In this document: positions 56,201-64,000 of the stretch, piece by piece
How positions within the stretch are numbered: position 1 is the first letter of the stretch
Layout: each line of letters opens with the position of its first letter
Assembly: GCA_019828565.1 (NCBI GenBank)
Contig: JAHDYR010000036.1
Location: forward strand, 77,820-141,819
Length of the DNA stretch: 64,000 bases
Direction: 5' to 3'
Source of the DNA: Carpediemonas membranifera BICM
Lineage: Eukaryota > Protista > Fornicata
The notes under the pieces: model-generated
Database searches by the model: none
Seen by the model: only the letters and a program-made list of their open reading frames with translations
What the model was told of the DNA's origin: nothing
Translations under genes and position numbers: made by a program

Positions 56201-58553
56201 GATACTTGCCCGCATCGCAGGGAAGCTGGGCCGACTTGTTGCTGGAGTCGACGTAGTAGCCAGCAGAGGCCAAGGTGCAGCTGTCAACGCCACCAGCACT
56301 GTAGGTACCGGTCGCACAGGCCACCTGGCTCTGTCTGTTCTCTGCTGGACGGTAGCCGGCGTCTGCCTTCTTACAGGTAGCCTGCCCGGTCTCGTCCTGG
56401 TAGTCACCCACGCCGTCACAGTCGATCTGGGCGATCTGGGCGCCACCAGTGGGGACCTTGTGCCCCTTGCTGGCTGTGAGACACTCTGTTTGACCAGAGT
56501 TCGGCTGGTACTTGCCGTTGTTACACGCCACCTGCTCTGATCTGTCAGTCGTGCTGACGTAGTATCCGGCCTGGGCCCTGGTGCATGAGTCCAGCTCGCC
56601 AGGAGAGTAGTAGCCGTCCGAGCAACTCACCTGGCTCTGTCTGTTCTCTGCTGGACGGTAGCCGGCGTCTGCCTTCTTACAGGTAGCCTGCCCGGTCTCG
56701 TCCTGGTAGTCACCCACGCCGTTACATGACGTCTGAACTGTCTGGGCGCCGTTTGCAGGGACGTAGTGACCCTTTGCCGCGGTGAGGCATGCCGTCTGCC
56801 CTGCGTCAGGCTGGTATTTGCCGTCGTTGCACATGTATGGCTTCGACAGGTCACTGGACTTGGCGTAGTTACCGGCCGATACCTGCGTGCACGAGGCTGA
56901 CTGAGCTGGGGCGTAATAACCCGACGCACAGGCCGACTGACTCGTCTGGGGTGTGGTAGCGGGGGCGTAGTACCCGACTCCAGAGATCAGACAGGAGGAC
57001 TGGCCGGAGTTGGGCTGGTAGTGGCCGTTCCAGCACTCCCGCTGCTTCGTCTTGTCAGAACTAAGAACGTAGTACCCGGCCTGGGCCTGCGTGCACGAGT
57101 CGCAGTTACCCTCACTGTAGTAGCCGGTGGAGCACACCGACTGGCCTGTCCGGCCGCTGTTGGCATAGTAACCCGGGGACACGCTGTCACAGCTGGTCTG
57201 GGCGGTGCTGTCCTGGTAAGTGCCACTGCCGCATGACGAGTACGTGCTCACTGGCCCCGACATCGTTGAGACGTATCCGCCGGCTGGGGCGGCCGTGCAA
57301 TCAGTGGCGGAGGTAGAGGCCGAGTAGTACCCAGTGTTGCAGGGGTAGTTGGAGCTGGTGGTCAGACAGACCGACCCTGCTGACACGGAGCAGGCCATGC
57401 TGATTCTGTGTGCCAACCCCGCCTGCGTCCCCTCAGGCGACGACCCCGGTCCGCCTATGAGGAGCGAGGAGCCGTACACTGACAGGGCCGCGCCGTAGTT
57501 GTTGTTGGCAGTCGATGTGTATGAGAAGTACTGTCTGTGTCCCCACGCCCCCTTGATCTCAGTCCAGTAGTGAACGCGGCCATTGTCGGAGTTCTCTCCA
57601 GGGGCACCACCGTACACAATGTTGCTGTAGACGCCGACAGCGGTGCCGAGTTTCCCAGACGTTGACGCGGTGGGGGAAGTGAATCGCTGCTCTTGCGACC
57701 ACGTGGTTCCTGAGCGGGTATACGAGTACAGAGCGCCGTCGCTGCTGTATGTGGCGGAATAATAGGGGGCACCGACAACGACGCGGGCTGAGTGAATGGC
57801 GACGGAGGTCCCAAAGGCGTCTCCTGCATTGGTACTGCTGCCCGTGAGCTTGGCCTGCTGAGACCACGACGACGATGATCCTGTGAACACGTAGGCAGCG
57901 CCTTTGTCAGAGGACTCCCCGGGTGCGCCGACCACCAGGTATGAGCTGATGATGGCGACACTCTGGCCGAAGTAATCATTCTCAGCGGCATCGCTGGCCT
58001 GGACCATCGTCTGGTACGTCCATGACGCCCCTCCGCCGGTGTAAATGTAGACAGCCCCCGTGGCACTGTCGTAGCCATACGCACCGACCGCCAGCGTAGA
58101 CGTGGTCATCGCTAGAGCTGCGCCGAAGTTCGCAAAGACAGGATTAGATGGTGGCGTCAGTTTCTGCTGCTGACTGAAGACGTGCGTCGATGTGTACGAG
58201 AAAATGTACACAGCACCAGCAATAGTGTCACCCTTGCGTGGAGCACCCACCGCAAGGACGGAGCTCGAAGGCATCGCCACTGCTGTTCCAAACTTGTCGC
58301 CCTCCTCGATGTCAGAGGAGATGAGGACGTCGTAAGTGCTCGAGGACCACACAGCATATGCTCTTCCAGCAGCTGTGCCGTAGGTAGCGTCGCCAGGAGC
58401 ACCAACAACACCAACACCGGTGCTTCCATGAGCAACAGATGTGCCATAAAGGTCGTAGCTGTTCACATTGGACGGAAGCCAATCATATGTCGCACCAGAG
58501 AAGGCCCCGTTCGTCGTGGTGACAAAAATCGAAAGAAATATTACCAGTATCAT
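53214..58553 (-). CDS. Second FG-GAP + Cys-rich-repeat type I surface protein
   Basis: Signal peptide MILVIFLSIFV; about seven FG-GAP repeats (FGTAVA...VGAP); many CxxGxY repeats; TM followed by Cys-rich CLACIITTCVSCTCAAVC. Exact 95-bp internal duplication 56322-56416/56628-56722. Confidence 0.88.
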   Translation of the reverse strand: MILVIFLSIFVTTTNGAFSGATYDWLPSNVNSYDLYGTSVAHGSTGVGVVGAPGDATYGTAAGRAYAVWSSSTYDVLISSDIEEGDKFGTAVAMPSSSVLAVGAPRKGDTIAGAVYIFSYTSTHVFSQQQKLTPPSNPVFANFGAALAMTTSTLAVGAYGYDSATGAVYIYTGGGASWTYQTMVQASDAAENDYFGQSVAIISSYLVVGAPGESSDKGAAYVFTGSSSSWSQQAKLTGSSTNAGDAFGTSVAIHSARVVVGAPYYSATYSSDGALYSYTRSGTTWSQEQRFTSPTASTSGKLGTAVGVYSNIVYGGAPGENSDNGRVHYWTEIKGAWGHRQYFSYTSTANNNYGAALSVYGSSLLIGGPGSSPEGTQAGLAHRISMACSVSAGSVCLTTSSNYPCNTGYYSASTSATDCTAAPAGGYVSTMSGPVSTYSSCGSGTYQDSTAQTSCDSVSPGYYANSGRTGQSVCSTGYYSEGNCDSCTQAQAGYYVLSSDKTKQRECWNGHYQPNSGQSSCLISGVGYYAPATTPQTSQSACASGYYAPAQSASCTQVSAGNYAKSSDLSKPYMCNDGKYQPDAGQTACLTAAKGHYVPANGAQTVQTSCNGVGDYQDETGQATCKKADAGYRPAENRQSQVSCSDGYYSPGELDSCTRAQAGYYVSTTDRSEQVACNNGKYQPNSGQTECLTASKGHKVPTGGAQIAQIDCDGVGDYQDETGQATCKKADAGYRPAENRQSQVACATGTYSAGGVDSCTLASAGYYVDSSNKSAQLPCDAGKYQPYTGQSACLTASPGYFVPSAASIAQLPCNGTGQYQDESGASSCKTAAAGYFANDDHTAQVACATGYYSEGGANACTASDPGHYVLSSNKTKQWGCTVLGTYSLGAASGCTTVAKGYRALTNFTGIVYCDDVGGYQDETGQTTCKTVAEGYYPSADRTAAVLCATGYYSYGAADACTQAELGYYALANHTDHVLCDGTGEYQDEVGQTGCRTTEAGYYPTADRTDQQHCEDGYYSPTDGCETCTAADPAYYVSTSDRTAQIRCTVAGTYSLGGAGSATGCTEAEPGYYALCNNTDHVLCDGTGQYQDETGQTTCKVTAAGYYSSGDRATQLPCATGFYSYGRADSCTEAELGYYALVNHTAHIPCNSGQFQDETGQLECKNVSTPGQYTPVSGAWAEPLSCPDGFDVTEDFTGCSRFLDYITGYTESVSIDLAEFVNTTTDLVISNIGIATVPPQCSLASTVLTCTEPVDTVLTVSFEAGGTVFSGSAVLQLQGLTEPAGLVRSHVVGRVNGNRDYDLGYWATPLGTACPLTYSLTQAPDWATVNDTALILAPTGPQPASNVTLLTVTNCQNVTMTKVLTLTYMAIDQSNVIAGKARASNSTYHSIIFDTMNDMAVTNVSVSGQTGVTVRNSTSGEAIYVPIGSTVNGTTSMTVTLSDGTTETLEVAIPATTVRYNATGAVTISNDTMMARTPAVNGSCAASLEASYLGEMNVTTVTLEDGTIYCVTTETVSANMLATMTYAVYEDSSTVPIANGSTPVTPEHLCVGILDTVTNSTAGFTDSSRYLIDLNGVTQSTVIESSRVCVDASFVSTDAAIVPVTGDGAVSLSLLFDEASVFSTEFVVEPMVVDEFPWLTVIGVALAIFVTIALCLACIITTCVSCTCAAVCAKSTHIFFKKARIWLASPPAPQGVPASFRYPVARPQSTMADSYYAPSAYSRTSTATTFTGMSTAPAYLRQQPGTFSQSMLSSSSSLSAPTSKTWRVFDGPLRDSSSRL

Positions 58554-58812
58554 GCCAAATGATCCATGTGGAGCAAAATGTGAGGTAACGGATTGGCGCA
58601 TCGCCAATAAAGTCGTTGGAGAAACGTCGACCGTGCAGAATATGGCAAGATTTTGAAGACCCATGATTCCGGGGCAGGCTTGGGCGATGCAAAGGCAGAA
58701 AAAGTTCTTGAAAGTCTGGTTGCTTGAAGATCTGATTTGAGCGATAATTTCCTGTACACATAGCCGGTATCTTGCCCGATTTTCCCGACCGCTTGATGAG
58801 ATGCGCACCGTC

Positions 58813-58865
58813 TGTGGTATGGATAGAACAGCTAGCGAAAGAGGTTTAATCAATTGATTGGGACA
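58813..58865 (-). repeat. 3' LTR (53 bp)
   Basis: + strand TGTGGTATGGATAGAACAGCTAGCGAAAGAGGTTTAATCAATTGATTGGGACA; contains the pol stop codon. Confidence 0.93.
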
Positions 58866-61800
58866 CTACCCCTCTCCTCGAGGTGACGGCGCACGACGGA
58901 CGTGCGGGCGGCGTCAGAGTTGGGACCCTCCCACGTGGCCTTAGCCTCAGGGAAGCCGAGCCACTTAATGAGGAGGTCGCCAGTCTCGTCGTCGACCTCT
59001 AGGACTTTCTCGACGTAATACTCCTCGTCGTCGGTAGCCGCGATGCGCAACAGTTCGGCGTCGCTGAGGGGGCCTTGGCAGATGCGGATTAACTGGCTCA
59101 GGTGGACCCGGCGGCTCTTGCCGCCAGTGAGCGGCGTGATCTCCGCTGCGTAACCGTCGGCGGCTGTGATGCGGAATGGGCCGCGGTGGCCGTGTAGCTT
59201 CGTGGGGCTCTCGTTCTTACGAAGGACCAGAGTGCCCGGCTCGATCGGGGGCGTCGGCTCTGCGGTCCTTGTCATTGCCTGCTGGCGGTTGAGGGCCTGG
59301 TCGGCGAGGATCTGGAGGTGCTCGGTGAGCGCGTCGATGTAGGAGGCTATGTCGTCCAGGGGAGTATGAACTCTACCCTCCTCCTTGGGTGCGATCGTGA
59401 AGTCGCGAGCGGAGGCATGCTTGCCCATCAAGAGAGCAATGGGTTCGACGCCGGTGACGGAGTGGACCGTAGTGTTCAGGATGTACTGGACGTATGGGAC
59501 CACGGAGGCCCAGGCGTCGTAACGGTCAAACATCAGACAGAGCACACGTAAGTGTCGCTTGACTTCCTGGTTGCGTCTCTCGGCCAGGCCGTTTGACTGA
59601 GGGTGGAAAGGGATTGTCCGGTGGTACGTGACCTGCAAGCGATCAAGGAAAGCTTCTATCATCCGATTGCGGTACTCGGGGCCGTTGTCCGAAAAGGAAC
59701 TCGCGAGGCACACCGTAGCGTCCGATGATGGACCAAAGTGCCAGCCCGACCGTCGTCGCGTTGTTGGAAGCTGTGGGGATGAGCTCCGTGAAGCGGGTAA
59801 ACATGTCGGTTGCCACCACGATGTATCTGAAACCCTCGGAGTCGACAGGGAAAGGACCCATGGTGTCTACAGCGATGGTCTGGAAGGGTCGGTCGCGCAG
59901 AGAAGACTGCGTTGTGGTCTTAATGAAAGCGGAGAGGCGTGCCTTAGCGCAGTACACGCAGGTTGACACGACTGCGTGCACGTCGGAGTGGAGGCCTGGC
60001 CAATCGTGCCCAAGCTGGCGGACGTTCCTGATGGTGGCCTGCTCGCCCTCGTGGTATCGGTGAGCTTCTTGCACGATCTTGCGCTTGGCGTCTTCGTCGA
60101 GCTCGGCCTCTGAGACGTTGTTGACCTGCGTGACTGTGGCCTGCGGGTTGTATCGACTGAGTGCGTCGGCCAGTGTGTTCTGCGCGCCTGCGATGTGTCT
60201 GATGACGAACTCGAACTCTTGGATCATAAGCAGCCAGCGGAGGTGCTTACGGTTTTCCTGGCCAGCCTTGGAGTGCAGGTAGACCAAGTTGCGGTGGTCC
60301 GTCCAGATCGTCAGGTCCTGGTGGACTCTAAAGATGGGCGAGAGGTCAGGCCGAGTGAGGCAGTAGATGATCGCGAACAGCTCCTGGTCGTACGTGCACC
60401 AACGCGACTGTGTGTCGTTGAAGACCTTTGAGAAGAATGACACGACGCGCCATGTGTTGTCCGAGTCAAGCTGCAGTAAGACACCGCCGATGCCTTCGAG
60501 AGAGGCGTCGGTCTCGAGGCGCCAGGGCCTGCTCTGGTCCGGATGGGCGAGGACCTCTTCGTCTGTCACGGCCTGCTTGAGCTGATCAAACAGAGCCTGA
60601 AGCGTGTCGTCCCAGTCGTTGAAGGTGTAGGGTGGGACCTTGCTGACCAAGGCCTGGAGCGGCTTGAGGCGTGTCTGGCAGTCGGGGATATAGTCACTGA
60701 GGTATGTGAACATACCGATGATCATGCGTAGGTCCTTGACCGAGTGAGGTGCGGCGAGGTCCTGCATGGATCTGACACGAGTAGGGCTCATGCGGCGGCC
60801 CTTGCCATCGACGATATCGCCGAGGATCTCGATAGACGTCGCCCCGAAGACACACTTGTCGCCGCGGAGGCGGACGTTGCGTTCCTCTGCGATACAGAGT
60901 AGGCGGTCGACGTGGTCTAGAAGCTCCTGAGGTGTCTTGGCTCGACCAAAGATGTCGTCGATGTAGTTCTTCGTACCGTCGGCGCGCACAGGGGCAAGGA
61001 TTGCCTGGATGGCCCGCTGGAACTGTGACGGTAGGTTACGAAGACCAAAGGGTGCAAAGTTGTACTCTTTGAACCGGCCTGGCAGCGTTATAGCGGTGAG
61101 GTACTTGTGGTCTTCGCGTACTGGCATTTGATGAAAGCCTGACCGGAGGTCGGCGAAGAAGTACTTGGCACAGATGAAGTCGTTGGTGAAGGTGAGGATA
61201 TCTGCGAGGGGGAACCTGTCTGGTGTAGTTACCGAGTTAAGCTCGCGGTAGTCGGCGCAAAGTCGTAACTCGCTTGACTTCTTCACTACGATGACGGCGG
61301 CGGATGCCACGTGGCTGTAGGAATCGCGTACGATGCCCTGTCTGTCCATGTCGTCGATAATCTCGTGCACTCTTTCGGCGGTGGATTCCGTGAGCGGTCG
61401 AGGGGCATGGTTGGGTAGGGGTGCGCCTGGCACGATGTCAATCGTTGCGGCGCCGATCTGGGCGCCGTCAGGGTGCAGCTCGCCGAATACCGGTGCGTGC
61501 CGGCGGATGACATCAGCCATCTCGGCTTTGAGCGGGAAGTCGCTTGCGATGCGTGTGCCAAGTGGGCCCGCGTCGTCGCTGACGATGTTGTTGACTGCGT
61601 GGAAGTCATCGGTCTGGTCGTCGGGGAGGCCTTCGTCCTCGCCGTCGTGAACTTTGCGGGCGGAGGCGAAGCATGATGCCCTCGTCGGACATGAGGCCTA
61701 AGAACCACAATATATCCGAGCCGATGAGGACCTTATCGGCCCTGCCGCTGATGACGTGCAGGGGCCAATCGATGATCGTTCGGCGGTCGCCCAAGCGGTC

Positions 61801-63270
61801 CGCGACCAGCGTTGTCTCGAAGGTGCCGTGTTGCTGGAGACCTTGGTCGTCAGGGCCCGTCAGCTGGACCATGTCGGGGCCCCTCCTGCCAAACTGGGCG
61901 AGTGCGTTGGCGAGGTCCAGCGAGATGGTGGACACTACGGAGCCAGGGTCGACCGTCGCTGAGATAAGCGTGTCACCTATCGTCACTGGAATCCGGAGAA
62001 GCCGGCCCGGCGAGTAAGCGTGCTCGGCATGCTCTACGTTCTGAACGCTGCCTTGTTGGGGCTTGTTGGGGGGTGTCGGTGTGAATGGTGTGGCCTGCTT
62101 GGGGTTCTGCCTGAACTGCCAAGGACCCTTCGACGTCGATGGTTGCTGGGGCTGCTGTGGTTGTCCAGCGGCCTGTCGTTGGGGACCAACTGCCTGCGGC
62201 TGGCGTGACTGGTTCTGCTGGGCGGCTGAGGCTTGGTGTGGTGTGCGTTGAGAGGCCTGGCCCTGGCGGGGATCTTGAGGTTGGCGGCCCGCCGGTGTGG
62301 CTCTGTTAGCCTGACTCTGGCGCTTCAGCAGCCGGCACTCTTCAGTAGAGTGGCCGCCGGGACCGTGGACGCGGCAGGTCTTGCGGCCGTTGCCCGGTGT
62401 AGCGGGGACCTTGGCGCCTGCCATGGGACCGGAGGTCCTCTGGCAGAAGGACCAAGGCGTGACGATCGTCCCATCGGAGTTAGTTGGCAAAGCCAGGATG
62501 CGGTGCTGGACGTCATCGATGGTGGTGGCGCCGTCGGCGAAATCCTCGAAGGCGAGGGCGGCTTCGGTGACGTCAAAACCGCGGGTCAGCACGCGGAAAA
62601 GCGTGGATATCAGCCTCTTCTCGGTGAGGGGCGTGTAACCGTTTTCTTCTGTCGGGAACTTGGGGTTCAGCTGGCGACAGTGCTTGCCGAAAGCTAGGAA
62701 CATCTTCTGCATAGAGGTGATGTCTCCACCTGTGAGCGTGGTCCTTTCCAGGATCGCCGCCGCGCGAGCGCTGGGTTAGCCCGCTGGGCGGGTGTCAGCT
62801 CGAAGTACGCGGTGTAGGTGAGCAAGAGGTCCGCCCGCTCGCGGAGCTCCTCCCTCGAGAGGCGCTCTGAGGCGTTGGTCGAGGTGTCTGGGGCCGTCGG
62901 TGGCGGACTGACCGCCTTGAGGGCTGCGGTGATGAAGGCCTGCTTCAGCTCGTCTGAAGCGATCGAGAGCCGCTTGGGTGTCTATATCCTTGAGCTTGGC
63001 CAGGAGAGCGCTGAGCTCCTCGGCCGATTTGTCGTCGTCGTTCTTCTCGGGTTCATTCTGCTCGGAAGGCTTATGAATGGGAGGACGGATCTCTGTCTCA
63101 AAGAAGCATTGGAAATCCTCGAATGTTGGGAATCTCGTTGTCGGGATGAACGCCGCGCGGATTTCGGCTAGTTTCTCGCTCCCGAGGAAAAAGAGGATGC
63201 TAGACGGCTGCTTTTTGCTTGCAACATGAAGACGATACTCGTCTAAACGGCTGTTGCTGACTAAAACCAT
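58850..63270 (-). CDS. Gag-Pol polyprotein of about 1470 aa, broken by four single-base indels (about 62977, 62765, 61665, 59693)
   Basis: Gag knuckle CRVHGPGGHSTEEC; protease VDPGS; RT LCADYRELN, DLRSGFHQ, PFGLRN, YIDD; RNase H TDAS, ELFAI, TDH, ADALSR; IN H-H-CxxC, DTMGP, SDNG, NGLAER; chromodomain YYVEKVL...IKWLGFPEAKATWE. Confidence 0.9.
58866..58879 (-). promoter_or_regulatory. Polypurine tract (PPT)
   Basis: Minus-strand GAGGAGAGGGGTAG abuts the 3' LTR. Confidence 0.85.
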
Positions 63271-63282
63271 GACAGTGATCAC

Positions 63283-63335
63283 TGTGGTATGGATAGAACA
63301 GCTAGCGAAAGAGGTTTAATCAATTGATTGGGACA
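63283..63335 (-). repeat. 5' LTR (53 bp)
   Basis: Identical to 58813-58865 and followed on the + strand by the TSD CCGTC. Confidence 0.93.
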
Positions 63336-63516
63336 CCGTCTACCACCGCCGCATACATCCCAGGTATTCGAACGAGCTAGCAGATGACGTGGACCTCCTG
63401 TCTGTAGGGATGGGCGACCACTTTATGTGATGTGAAGTGCACCTTTGCAAGACGGACGAATTCACCAGAACCGACATCGGATCGGTGGTTGCGAAAGCGG
63501 ATCATCAAAAGTTCCC

Positions 63517-64000
63517 ATGGAGGACGATTCGGATGGCAATGAGCCTATGAATCCGTTCTCTGAACCCATAAGGGACGTTGAGCAACGGTTTTCCGCCTTC
63601 AACGATACCCTTCGTGCAGTTCGACGTGATTACCGAGAGAAAATCCCAGTAGCATTCCTTCAAACTTGGGACTCACCATAAGGTGTTCTTAACACCTTTA
63701 GGAACGAGGACACCTTGAAGGACATTCTCAAGACGACTAGAAAGCGGATCAAGTGCAGCGACTTTTTCGATATGCTTGTAATCCTGGTGGATGCGGCCCT
63801 TCCGCAGCGACCCGCGTGGTTCCCCGATGCCAGGTCCATGAAAACAGTAGAACGCGTGCAGCGCTATTGTTCCAAGTTCATCAGAGACATCGAGCACGAG
63901 TTCGTTTTCGTTCGTCCGCCCCCCTCACGAGCCGCTCCACTTGGCTCGTCTGATCCCCCAATTCCCCCCAGACAGCAGCTTCCTGTTGACGTACTCACTG
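63517..64000 (+). pseudogene. Possible gene or pseudogene fragment with an in-frame TAA at 63679
   Basis: MEDDSDG...TWDSP* continues in the same frame (GVLNTFRNEDTLKDILK...) without a stop to the window end. Confidence 0.35.

Larger units (their letters stand above)
58813..63335 (-). mobile_element. Ty3/Gypsy chromodomain LTR retrotransposon with 53-bp LTRs (4,523 bp)
   Basis: Identical TG...CA direct repeats at both ends, CCGTC TSD at 58808-12 and 63336-40, PPT, and domain order Gag-PR-RT-RH-IN-chromo. Confidence 0.96.

Noticed and set aside
58553-58853. N-terminal 100 aa of the 1879-aa ORF, or an env gene for the retroelement
   Set aside because: Starts at a TTG inside the LTR. The signal peptide begins at ATG 58553 and the gene lies outside the LTR/TSD, so it is not env.
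58812-63336. Direct repeats as a long TSD or CRISPR-like repeat
   Set aside because: TG...CA termini, an adjacent PPT and a separate 5-bp TSD identify them as LTRs; only two copies are present.
63679-63681. TAA=Gln reassignment as in hexamitid diplomonads
   Set aside because: H2B, LysRS, NDK and PP5 terminate at TAA at their expected C-termini.
1-64000. tRNA, rRNA or snRNA genes
   Set aside because: None recognised by eye; tRNAscan-SE and Infernal would be needed to exclude divergent ones.

Overview
Gene-dense, GC-rich (by eye) eukaryotic DNA with short intergenic gaps and a few tiny introns (28-94 nt). Gene content (PPi-PFK, bacterial-type class III FBPase, Cys-rich surface proteins) and ACACAG-type intron ends suggest an anaerobic metamonad such as a Carpediemonas-like fornicate; this is inference. 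The standard genetic code is used. About 26 host genes are present, including SWR1, PIG-A, PP5, UPF2, Snu23/ZMAT2-like, LysRS, H2B, a 4-exon Hub1/UBL5 missed by the ORF track, NDK, RNMT, a DHHC enzyme, two AEC-family carriers, TPR/BTB/TmcB-like proteins and two FG-GAP + Cys-rich surface proteins. Two mobile systems stand out. (1) A 4,523-bp chromodomain-bearing Ty3/Gypsy retrotransposon (58813-63335) has identical LTRs of only 53 bp, a 5-bp TSD, a PPT, no canonical tRNA PBS, a 12-nt leader and a pol frame ending inside the 3' LTR. (2) A Fanzor1-like (eukaryotic TnpB) RNA-guided nuclease with an intact RuvC triad is followed by a structured putative omega-RNA and has no transposase nearby.
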